DNA from: a virus
IMG/VR virus record: IMGVR_UViG_3300044736_000016
Location: 1-64,000 of that record
Reading direction: 5' to 3' (one strand)
Length of the DNA stretch: 64,000 bases
Part shown: one piece after another, positions 55,637-64,000 of the stretch
Numbering within the stretch: the first letter of the stretch is position 1
Layout of the letters: each line of letters begins with the position of its first letter
Translations under genes and position numbers: made by a program
The notes under the pieces: generated by a model
Databases searched by the model: none
What the model was told of the DNA's origin: nothing
The model's input: the letters and a program-made list of their open reading frames with translations, nothing else

Positions 55637-55981
55637 CTATGCGTCGGTTGACGAGGGCGTGGCCTGATCTGTGAGTAGTGCGCGGCCCTTCTCGTTGATC
55701 TCGAAGTCACCGCGACACCCGCAAGCGCAGCCTTCGCTAAGCAGACCATGTGCGATTACTCGCTTAGCCTTGGCCAGGATGACCTTCTCGGGGAACGTTG
55801 GAAGCGCGGTGGCAAGGTCGCTCACGAGGCACCAGTGGCCACCCCTCACGAATGCCCCGCCGAGCATGGTGTGGCGATCATTGGTCAGTGTGCAGGTTCC
55901 ATCGTTGCAGGCCGCGACCACTGCCAAGAAAGCTGCGTCGGTGATGTCCGAGGCCTTCGGCACGGTCCGGGGTTCACTCAT
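55637..55981 (-). CDS. Conserved phage hypothetical protein
   Basis: KASDITD...PEKVILAK...GCACGCRGDFEI; leaderless TAGAAT-6nt-ATG. Confidence 0.7.
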   Translation of the reverse strand: MSEPRTVPKASDITDAAFLAVVAACNDGTCTLTNDRHTMLGGAFVRGGHWCLVSDLATALPTFPEKVILAKAKRVIAHGLLSEGCACGCRGDFEINEKGRALLTDQATPSSTDA

Positions 55982-56146
55982 GCTGGCATTCTACGGGCAT
56001 CTCCGGCATCTGCGCGGTCCGGTACTGCTCCACGGCCGTGTCTCCACCGTCCCAGCATGCGAAGCACCACATCTGCGGCGGTGTCGTCCAGACGATAGTG
56101 GCTGCGGCGGACCGCTGTATGGGCGCCCCACAGGCTGCGCACTGGC

Positions 56147-56383
56147 TCATCTCTTTGCGGACCTAGCGTAGGCTCGGCGGTCGATCCAGAACAGCACCAG
56201 CGGCTCACACCCGACACACGTAGCCACTGCGGCGAACACTGCGAAGGTAGAGCGGATCGCGCCTGTGGTCAGGATTGCCGATACTGCGTAGATCACCGTC
56301 AAGGCGAATCCCGCCGCGATCAGGCGTTGAGCCTGTGCTCGCCACTTCCACTCAGCCCACGTAAGCTTGGTGCCCTCAGACAC
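56147..56383 (-). CDS. Two-TM membrane protein
   Basis: Hydrophobic helices. Confidence 0.55.
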   Translation of the reverse strand: MSEGTKLTWAEWKWRAQAQRLIAAGFALTVIYAVSAILTTGAIRSTFAVFAAVATCVGCEPLVLFWIDRRAYARSAKR

Positions 56384-56392
56384 GCTCAGTGC

Positions 56393-56689
56393 TCACGGCA
56401 GCCACCCGGTCAGCCAGAGCCACTGACGGCGACGGCGGGATGGACGCGGACGTAGCAGCATGATGAGCCCCATCGCCTCCCACGTCCTGCCCATCTCTGC
56501 GACCACCTCGGAGGCGTGGCCGGTCTGCTCCACGGGGATACGCAAACTCGCCCTGTCCGCATCCAGCATGAGTAGCGACGGGAACCCGCGCGTAGCCTCT
56601 GCGACGGCCCGCATGCGCTCGACTGCATCGCCAGACGTGATGACCCATGCGTCCGGATGTGGCAGGCGGAATCGGTCGTCCGTGGTCAT
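56393..56689 (-). CDS. Hypothetical protein
   Basis: GGAG RBS, ATGA coupling. Confidence 0.55.
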   Translation of the reverse strand: MTTDDRFRLPHPDAWVITSGDAVERMRAVAEATRGFPSLLMLDADRASLRIPVEQTGHASEVVAEMGRTWEAMGLIMLLRPRPSRRRRQWLWLTGWLP

Positions 56690-57015
56690 CTTTGGGACTC
56701 CGTCTTGGTGCGCTTACGGCGCGGCTTGCGGGGTGGTGGCAGATAATCTAACGCGACGTCCAGCGCCACCTTCGCTGCGATGAGGTCATCCCGCGCGAGT
56801 GCTGTCCGTGCGTCGATGGCGGCTCGTGCAGTATCAACCAGCCAATCGCATGCTTCCTTGTCCACCTCATACTCGGAGGAACCGGCCACGAACTCCTCTG
56901 CCACTGCCAGCCGCTCCTCTGCCGTGGTGGCAGAGTCAAAGGTACGCGGGGTGTATTCGACGTCAAGCGCTCCGGCCTCGTCACCCATATCCGAACTCGG
57001 TGCGGGATCGATCAT
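56686..57015 (-). CDS. Hypothetical protein
   Basis: Coupled. Confidence 0.55.
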   Translation of the reverse strand: MIDPAPSSDMGDEAGALDVEYTPRTFDSATTAEERLAVAEEFVAGSSEYEVDKEACDWLVDTARAAIDARTALARDDLIAAKVALDVALDYLPPPRKPRRKRTKTESQR

Positions 57016-57213
57016 CTGTATCCCCCTATCCTCAGCCAGCGGGCGAGGGTGAGTAGCCACGGACAGCGGCGGGCGGGGTTCGCGCACAAGACGAGTTCCT
57101 CGAAGGGCTCGTCTGGCCCGAGTTCGCGTCGCCGGGATGGGTCCCACGGTTTGCCGTCGTCTGTGCGCACCTCGCCAAGCATGTTGCCTTCAAGGTCATA
57201 CAAGTACTCGGGC

Positions 57214-57489
57214 TCATCCATGGCAGTGCGACCTCAGCGGAGAGGTATCGCCACAGATCAGCCACGTTGCTGCGCCAGCGTAGATGATGAATCCACCGAT
57301 CACCTGCAAGAGCGGTGAGGAGGAGACCGTCCAGACAACGAGCGTCGACAGGATCGGTGCCAGCACTACCAACAGGAAGCGGAGCCTCTCGGTGTGGTGT
57401 TCTTGCGAGTCGATGAGTAGATCCACGGCTGCGATCCTCTCCTCGATGGTGAAGTCGCGTATTGGTTCGGGATGCTCTGTCTCGCTCAC
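57214..57489 (-). CDS. Two-TM membrane protein
   Basis: GGAGGT RBS. Confidence 0.55.
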   Translation of the reverse strand: MSETEHPEPIRDFTIEERIAAVDLLIDSQEHHTERLRFLLVVLAPILSTLVVWTVSSSPLLQVIGGFIIYAGAATWLICGDTSPLRSHCHG

Positions 57490-58313
57490 GGCGTGAACCT
57501 CCGTACGCTCTCGCTGGCAGCCTTGCGTCGAGCGTGTGCCCATGCTATCGGAGTACCGTCAGGCAGGTGGCAGGGACGTCCCATCTCGGACCCACAGTGC
57601 GGGCAGGCTACGTCTCTCGGCGGCCCGCGGTAGAGCGGGTTGCGGCACACGTCGTCGGTGGTACTGACCAGCCAGCCGCATCCCTGCCGCCCACAACGCA
57701 CGTAGCAGCCGCAGGAGCCCATACCCTGTGCGCCGCAGGGCTCAGGACGTGCCGGCAGCAGGATGGTCAGCGATCCTGTCGTCGTGGTATCTTGGTCTGG
57801 GCTGCGGTGAGGGTGATGCCCCGGGCGGGACTGACGAGTTGCGCGAAGGGTGGGCGTTCCGATCCGCAGCCCATCAGTCGTGCTCACTCTGGGCCGAGCT
57901 CCGTCAGCGCATCCCACATCTCCCGGCCGGCTGAGCACCATGCCTTGGGCTCCACGTTCCCGCTGTAGAGTAGTGTGGCTTCGGCGGCGGCACACTTCGG
58001 ACACTCAGCGCAGTGTGCCGAGATAGCCTCATAGACGAGTTCGCGAACCATGGTGGTAGGGACGATCTCGCCCTTATTTATCTTGCTCATGGCAGCAACG
58101 CCTTGGCTTCTCTTAGGAGACGCTGTGCCTGAGAGATGATGCGACGTACCTCGGCACGTTCCTTCCTGCCGTGGGTCGACATAGCGCAGGCGTCGATGAG
58201 GAGATCCTTCGCCTCCCACACCTTGTCGTATGCCATGCGCTCTACGGTGACAATCGGCGCGACGGCCACGTCGCAGGGCCTGTATTCGCCCATGTCGGGG
58301 TCTCCGTGTCCTC

Positions 58314-58700
58314 TCATATCGCATCTCCGTGTGTCGGTGCTGGGTGGTTCTCATGCCGAGGATCGCTGGGAGGGAGTACGCACCATCCGGGCATGCAGTC
58401 GGCGTGAGGGCGCTCTGCTCCGAATGCGCACAGCGGTGCGGGCGCGGCGTACCTGATCTCGGCAAGCCGAACGTTGGCGCGATCCATGGTGGCAAGGCGG
58501 GCAGGCGTCTCGTCCTCGCGGTAGCAGTTCACGTCCCAGCGGCTAGCCCAGAACTTTCCGCCAAAGCCTAGCGAGCCGCAGAAGCGGAACTCATCGCCAG
58601 ACGCCCCCGTGTCGAACCACTGCGCGAAGTAGTCACGACTCGCTTCTCGGGCCGCGCACTCCTCAACGAGAACATCATAGATGCGGTTGGCGGCGCTCAT
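58314..58700 (-). CDS. Hypothetical protein
   Basis: AAGGAG RBS; EFRFCGSLGFGGKFW...VNCYREDETP. Confidence 0.65.
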   Translation of the reverse strand: MSAANRIYDVLVEECAAREASRDYFAQWFDTGASGDEFRFCGSLGFGGKFWASRWDVNCYREDETPARLATMDRANVRLAEIRYAAPAPLCAFGAERPHADCMPGWCVLPPSDPRHENHPAPTHGDAI

Positions 58701-58909
58701 GCTGGGTCTCCTTGGTGGTTGCGCCGATGTGCTGCCTTCCGGCACGTCGCCGAGCAGAAACGCTTTGTGCTCCGCTCCCCTGCCATCGGCTGACGGCACT
58801 GCTCGCAGACTTGGACGAGGTTGAGCGCGTCGAGGTCGATCGCCAACTCCGCGACGAGGTGGGAGCCGTCTATCCGCAGGCTGGTGACCTTCACGGAAAG
58901 CTCGGTCAC
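58697..58909 (-). CDS. CGNR/treble-clef-like zinc-finger protein
   Basis: CEQC...RFCSATCRKAAHR. Confidence 0.6.
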   Translation of the reverse strand: MTELSVKVTSLRIDGSHLVAELAIDLDALNLVQVCEQCRQPMAGERSTKRFCSATCRKAAHRRNHQGDPA

Positions 58910-59226
58910 GACTGCGGATGCGAGCAGGGACGGATTGCGCCGACACTCCATCCCTGACCATCTTCACACTCGATGACAAGCCAGCAGCACCGACAACTCC
59001 GACAGATGTAGCCAGCAGCACTGAGCAACGAGAAGCGGGATGACCCCGAGACTTCGCCGACCCAAGCCTGTCCGGGTGTGTGGCCAGCGCGTCGCATCCT
59101 GCCCATGAGTGCTGCACGGGCTGCATCAATGGACGAGGCGTGGGTCACGGTCTCAGGCTGAGCCGCGTAGGGTCGGCTGCCCTCAGTCCGCAGGGAGGTG
59201 ATCCGCGCTCCGGTGAGGTCAGTCAT
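58906..59226 (-). CDS. Hypothetical zinc-binding protein, paralog of 59462-59740
   Basis: QPETVTHASSIDAARAALMGRMRRAGHTP. Confidence 0.65.
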   Translation of the reverse strand: MTDLTGARITSLRTEGSRPYAAQPETVTHASSIDAARAALMGRMRRAGHTPGQAWVGEVSGSSRFSLLSAAGYICRSCRCCWLVIECEDGQGWSVGAIRPCSHPQS

Positions 59227-59461
59227 TCGGTTCCTCCGTTGTCATCTGCGCCGCACTGAAAGCAACGACGCCCGCGAGATGCTGACGGTGAAAGCCGCAC
59301 GATGCGGGCACTGCTGCGCCAACCGGATGCCTCCCACTCTGCCCAAAGTTCATAAAGCTTCTGCTGGCACGGGCCGCAGTGGATGATGCCAACAGGCTTG
59401 GAGCGGCCTGACGTGTACTCCCATTGCTGGTACCAACGGGATGGGTCTGCTGTGAGGTCGG

Positions 59462-59740
59462 TCATCGCGCGTCGCCTGTGCAAATCGTGATGGCATCGAC
59501 GAGCCATCCATGGCCCATATCGCCGTACTCGATAACCATCGAACTACTACGGCAGCGTGCGCAAACATACCTTGCACCTCGCCATGGAAGAGAGGTGGGT
59601 GACACGCCCGCCCATTCTAGTTGCGGTACGTGGCCAGCGCGGCGCATCCGCCGCATGATGGTCGCGCGTGCAGCATCCATCGACGAAGCTAGGGTTATCG
59701 TCTCGGGCTGAACTGCTGGGGACTGCGCCGACTGTTCCAT
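59462..59740 (-). CDS. Hypothetical zinc-binding protein (leaderless)
   Basis: QPETITLASSMDAARATIMRRMRRAGHVP; TGGTATGCT-6nt-ATG. Confidence 0.65.
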   Translation of the reverse strand: MEQSAQSPAVQPETITLASSMDAARATIMRRMRRAGHVPQLEWAGVSPTSLPWRGARYVCARCRSSSMVIEYGDMGHGWLVDAITICTGDAR

Positions 59741-59757
59741 GCCAAGAGCATACCACG

Positions 59758-60123
59758 CTATTCGCCGTAGCGTGGCAACCCATCACGGCAATCTGCGTCA
59801 GGCGTCGCCAGACTGGATACTGCCCAGGGCGTAGGCGACGGGCTCTGGCTGGGCGGCGCTGAGGGACGTGGCTGCCGCTGTGCGTGGGGTTGGGCGGGGT
59901 GCTGGCCTCCGGGGCGGTACGGGGCGCTCGTAGCACGCTGGCGTGACCGTCCGCCGTTCGGTGCGGGTCGGCTGCTCGAGGATGGCGAACCTGTCCCGCC
60001 TCCGTGTCCTGCCGGCGACTCCGAGCAGGGCGGGGTGCAGGCTCGGGCCAGCTGCGTCGCCGTGGTGGGGATCAGGACGGCAGCGACGGTAGCGAGAGCC
60101 ACCAAGCCGCGACGTGCGTGCAT
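59758..60123 (-). CDS. Secreted Pro/Ser-rich protein with a signal peptide
   Basis: GGAGG RBS; MHARRGLVALATVAAVLIP...ARA. Confidence 0.55.
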   Translation of the reverse strand: MHARRGLVALATVAAVLIPTTATQLARACTPPCSESPAGHGGGTGSPSSSSRPAPNGGRSRQRATSAPYRPGGQHPAQPHAQRQPRPSAPPSQSPSPTPWAVSSLATPDADCRDGLPRYGE

Positions 60124-61139
60124 GTCGGTCGCCTCCGTGCGTGGGTGTGACGCACGTATGACGATCCACGGCGCGCGAATCCTGCCCGCGAACTCACGCG
60201 GCGCGGCGAAATTGGCACACGTAGGCTTTACGGTGTCCCCTCTACCTCGCGCGTGGTCTTGCTTCGGTTCTCTGGGGTTGGCCCGTGGTCCACAGCCCGT
60301 GCCGTGGTTGTTGCTACGCCCGTCCCCCACCCTGCCATCACCGGATCCAGCAGCGGAGTATCTGTCGCCCCCCCTATATCCCCCACACGGAAGATACAGA
60401 GAGGACGACATGCAGCATCACCGTCACCGTTGCGTGATCACTGCTACCGGGTTCCCTTGACCTTGCGGCCACCGCCTCATTTCACTCAGCGGCTTACCCG
60501 GATCGACGCGCCGCCTGCAACGGCCGTCGGCATGGGCTCGTTCAAGCCAACGTGTTTATGTGGCCCGCGCCTTCCTTACCCTGCATCCCGCATCCCCCGA
60601 GTAGCCGGTGGGCGGACCCTGGCCGGGAACTAGATGGGGCGGCGCTGCTGGGTGTGCGCGTCGTCGTGGCCGTAGCCACGGACCGAGGCTGGGCCTACCG
60701 GGTACCCATGGGGTCTCCGACGCGGTACGATGAGCCCGCGAGGCAGCGGCTTGGACGGTCTCATCTCCGTCCCCTCAGTGCTAGCTGAGGCGCTGGGAGT
60801 ATTGTTACTCACGCAGGCCGCGCCTCGCAACCACCCGCCCCACGATGCCGTGGTATCTGAATGCCGCTGACCGTTCTACTCCGCGCTAGGTAGCAGAACC
60901 GCAGCCGTCTTGGCCAGCACCGCGGCCCGTCCACGGCTCATCGCAGGCCGAGCACGGCGGATGTGGCGCAGTACCGCTCCCGCATCCCCGACGAACACGC
61001 GGCAGCCCTCCAGCGTCACCACGTACCCACGTGCCCTTATCCCCGCCAGCGTCCTAGCCTGACTGCGGCTCATCGCAGCCGTGGGCGGCCCGCTTCTCTC
61101 CTTGGTCCCCAGTATCCAAGGGATACGGCTGGAGCCAAC

Positions 61140-61472
61140 CTACGGGGCTGCGGCGTCCACGGCTGCGACGGCCTTCGCCAGCAGCTCACGAGTGTGCGTC
61201 CCGGCAGGCGTGCCGTAGGTGAGATCGGCGCGGGCGGCGAGCAGGACCGCCTCTAGGAGTGCCATCCGTTCTGCATCTGGCCATGGTCGGACGTACTCAG
61301 CGAGTCGGTCGTCGTCTAGCCATGCCCACTCAGCAACGAGGTTGATGTCGATCTCATGGTCGTGCATCCACGGCTCATCGATGCCCTTCTCCTCGGGCAG
61401 ACTATGGTCGATCGCCTTGCCGCTGTACGCCGCGCGCACCGCCACCGCATCCCCATCCTTGTACTCGCTCAT
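61140..61472 (-). CDS. Hypothetical protein
   Basis: ATGA coupling. Confidence 0.6.
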   Translation of the reverse strand: MSEYKDGDAVAVRAAYSGKAIDHSLPEEKGIDEPWMHDHEIDINLVAEWAWLDDDRLAEYVRPWPDAERMALLEAVLLAARADLTYGTPAGTHTRELLAKAVAAVDAAAP

Positions 61473-61669
61473 GGCTGGGGATGGTAGCGCGGATCGATCT
61501 CAGCCTTGCGTCGCCGTAGGTCCATGATTCCGCATGCCTTGGAGCAGAACAGAGCGTCAGAGCGCTTCGGCAGGAACCACACTCCGCAGCGAGGGTTGTG
61601 GCACTGCGTGAGGCCGTCTGGTAGGGCTCGGACGGTGACGCGAGGCCCAGTCTTGCGTGCCGCGGTCAC
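61469..61669 (-). CDS. CGNR-like zinc-finger protein
   Basis: CHNPRCGVWFLPKRSDALFCSKAC. Confidence 0.65.
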   Translation of the reverse strand: MTAARKTGPRVTVRALPDGLTQCHNPRCGVWFLPKRSDALFCSKACGIMDLRRRKAEIDPRYHPQP

Positions 61670-62652
61670 CGGGTGGGCGCAGTGTGCAGGCGGTAGTCGT
61701 GCTCTACACGGCCGATCTGTGCGTCGCCACGGGCATGCTGCGGTACCCAGAACTTGCCCTCGTGCCGCCCGAACAGGAGGCCACGCCCGTACTTGGGACC
61801 GTAGTGGTGGAAGGAGCCTCGGACGCTGGTGAGTGGTACGCCCCCGCCTTGGCCACCTACACCTCCGCGAGTTGATCGGCCAACGGGGAACACGTTGAGC
61901 GTCTTCACGGTCACACCCATAGCGGCCAGTCGTCGCCGCTCAGGGCGAGGACGCTGGGGCTCTACAAGTTCTACATTGCGGCACGCGAGGAAGTTGAACG
62001 TTCCGAGCAGAACGAGAAGCGCCTCGTCCCATGCGTAGTCGTGGTCGTGGATGATGTCGATAGAGCGGATGTCCGCTGGGCTGCCGTCCTCATAAATATC
62101 GATCTGCCATGAGTGCAGCGGTCCTACAGTCGTGGCCAAGCCGCCCTGGCCCCTACCCCCGACCCACATGAAGGCTAAGACGCGCCAAAACACATCGTCT
62201 TCCCTGACGACGTGGACCGGCTGGTTGTGGGGGATCGGCTTTCCAATATCATCCCAGGAATTCCCCAGCAGTTCGTCACGTTGAGTAGAGACGAGGTGGA
62301 GGACGAATACCGTGCCATATTCGTTGACAAAGCACACGGCTGCCTCGCGCCAGGGTTGAGCGATGCACGGGTGGTCCTCGTAGACAGCCACTGGGCGAGC
62401 AGATGTTTTGAGCGATTCGTAGATCGCCGTAGCGTCGACCACGACTGGATCTTCAACTAGCTCAAGCGCTCGCTCCGTCACTTTGGCTCCTGCGGCCTGC
62501 TGCGGCGTGCTCGCTGTGGCCGGGCAGGGGTTGCCTGCGCGGTGCCTGCGGAGATCGCTTATGACCTTAGCGATGGGCTCTGCGGTCATCGGACAGTACT
62601 CATGCGAGCATGATACCGAAACCGAGTTGAGATCGGCAACATGGCTCGGCAT
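61666..62652 (-). CDS. Hypothetical protein with a C-terminal VRGH-type motif
   Basis: SVRGSFHHY...FWVPQHARG; lower-GC segment. Confidence 0.7.
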   Translation of the reverse strand: MPSHVADLNSVSVSCSHEYCPMTAEPIAKVISDLRRHRAGNPCPATASTPQQAAGAKVTERALELVEDPVVVDATAIYESLKTSARPVAVYEDHPCIAQPWREAAVCFVNEYGTVFVLHLVSTQRDELLGNSWDDIGKPIPHNQPVHVVREDDVFWRVLAFMWVGGRGQGGLATTVGPLHSWQIDIYEDGSPADIRSIDIIHDHDYAWDEALLVLLGTFNFLACRNVELVEPQRPRPERRRLAAMGVTVKTLNVFPVGRSTRGGVGGQGGGVPLTSVRGSFHHYGPKYGRGLLFGRHEGKFWVPQHARGDAQIGRVEHDYRLHTAPTR

Positions 62653-62903
62653 GGTAGCGCCAGCCTCGGCCTGACGCAGCGGGTAGGCGCGGGCAAACCC
62701 ACAGGCACGGCGATCCTGCGCCCGTGGCGACCGATACCAAGACCACCGAGTCCGACGCCCAAGCTGTCGAACATTCGCATCCCAAGGCGGGCGGCGGGAA
62801 GTACACACACTCCCACGCCATCACGGGCACGAAGGCCCACGGGCACGCCGTAGACGCGAAGGACAACGGCTCCACGACCGAACTCCTGCCCACGGTCGCT
62901 GCG

Positions 62904-64000
62904 ATGAGCGAGACCTCGCCCGGGGTGATGGCACTGCGGTTCCCCCAGCAGGCAAGGCTCTCTGAGGGGGCGCCGATCGACTACCTGTGCACTGGGGAGT
63001 GGACGTTCCCCGAGTTGAACCGCGGCAATCCGATCTGTGTGACCCGCGACGATCTCACCGATGTCAAGCGGCTGTGGGACGAGAACGCCTACGGGCAGAA
63101 CCTGCCGATCATCGATGAGAACCACGATCCGAACCGCGCAGTGGGGTGGATCAAGCGCCTCGACTGGCATCCCTCTGACCCCGACAGGCTGGTGGCGGTC
63201 CCTGACTGGAACGAGGGATGCGACAAACTCGTCGCTTCTGGCGCGTACGGGTACACATCACCGCTTCTGCTCCTGAACTGGCGCGACCCAGTGTCCGGCA
63301 CGGTGTATCCCGTCGTCCCCGGCGGCCTCGGCCTGGATCCCAACGACCCCGAGGGCGATACGTCCGGGCTGGCCTTGGCGAACCACCCGAAAATCAAGAA
63401 GCTCAGTGCCAAGTTTGCGGCATCCGAGAGCGGTGATACGCAGGCTGCGCTGATTGCGTTCGGCGAGGCAGGCACGGTGTTCAGCGGCGTTGCGGCAGAC
63501 ACTGCCCGCGCACTGCTGGCTGAGGGTGACGGCGCACCGATCGACTTCGCTGCGGCCGACACCTCTGCGGACATGACCGATCTGCCGCCGTGCAGTTGGG
63601 CGCCGCCCTATGCGGAGTACAACCGCTGTCCGGGCTATACGCGGGTGCTCGCAGATGGTGACGGCGATGCTCCAGGCGATCTGCCCGGATGCTGCCGTCT
63701 GGCGGCGCAGTGCAATGGCTACTCCCCGGTCCCAAACGGGACTGTTCCACCGTATCAGCGCTCCTACTACAGCGAGGGACACAGCATGGCCGACAACCCG
63801 GCCCAGCCGGCCGGAGTGCCGGCCGCCAATCCGTCTCCGGTACCCAACGCGCCGCAGACCGCCCCGCCCGCGGCCCCGCAGCCACCGCCAGCACCACCGC
63901 CCCCTGCTCCCACCCCTGCCGCGCAGCACTCCGCGGACATGGGAGAGATGCAGCGCATGCTCGCTGCGGAGACCCACCAGCGCGAGACGATGCAGACCGA
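62904..64000 (+). CDS. Mu gpI-like prohead protease/scaffold (3'-truncated; absent from the ORF track)
   Basis: Hand translation: IDENHDPNRAVGWIKRL...PDWNEG...YGYTSP...GLALANHPKIKKL; open to the window end; in-frame internal start at 63786. Confidence 0.78.
   Translation, partial: MSETSPGVMALRFPQQARLSEGAPIDYLCTGEWTFPELNRGNPICVTRDDLTDVKRLWDENAYGQNLPIIDENHDPNRAVGWIKRLDWHPSDPDRLVAVPDWNEGCDKLVASGAYGYTSPLLLLNWRDPVSGTVYPVVPGGLGLDPNDPEGDTSGLALANHPKIKKLSAKFAASESGDTQAALIAFGEAGTVFSGVAADTARALLAEGDGAPIDFAAADTSADMTDLPPCSWAPPYAEYNRCPGYTRVLADGDGDAPGDLPGCCRLAAQCNGYSPVPNGTVPPYQRSYYSEGHSMADNPAQPAGVPAANPSPVPNAPQTAPPAAPQPPPAPPPPAPTPAAQHSADMGEMQRMLAAETHQRETMQT

Larger units (their letters stand above)
1..64000. 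mobile_element. Tailed bacteriophage / phage-plasmid genome segment (both ends outside the window)
   Basis: Terminase, portal, MuF-like and prohead protease genes, a phage replication module, dozens of short ATGA/GTGA/TGATG-coupled ORFs, and no host housekeeping operons. Confidence 0.93.

Noticed and set aside
60470-60495. CTGAGTGAAA on the minus strand as a hammerhead ribozyme core
   Set aside because: The spacing does not match CUGANGA...GAAA with an intervening stem II
1-64000. tRNA/rRNA genes, integrase/att sites, IS elements, reverse transcriptase/DGR
   Set aside because: None recognised by eye; tRNAscan-SE and HMM searches would be needed to exclude them formally

Overview
The window is about 64 kb of a high-GC tailed-phage (Caudoviricetes-like) genome or phage-plasmid, densely packed with short, translationally coupled ORFs. 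The host cannot be determined from the sequence; high GC and many leaderless promoters fit Actinomycetota or Chloroflexota/Dormibacterota. In order, the modules are: (1) a C5 DNA methyltransferase and a replication module (HTH initiator with 3x23-bp iterons, G39P-like loader, short DnaB, Prim-Pol) plus a RusA-like resolvase; (2) an unusual leftward cassette (8.4-17.0 kb) of two tiny membrane proteins, a ~1500-aa mosaic protein (degenerate intein/LAGLIDADG, DUF6919-like domain, repeats, trypsin), a second trypsin protease, a wHTH protein, an unknown protein and a VirD4-type coupling protein, in which two of the soluble proteins end in the same GRSL tail; (3) early/accessory genes, including a tandem-RHH regulator with a repeated palindromic operator, an amino-methyltransferase, a ribosomal bL12-CTD protein, DUF262, an HNH-FtsK fusion, an EndoVII protein sharing a C-terminal domain with a neighbouring TraB/FtsK-like ATPase, and ParB; (4) packaging and head genes (small terminase, split large terminase, Mu-like portal, MuF-like head protein) followed by a glycosylation cassette, a leftward accessory block, and a Mu I-like prohead protease/scaffold cut by the window end. 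No integrase, relaxase, tRNA, rRNA or CRISPR array was recognised. All family calls are by-eye motif recognition, not database searches.
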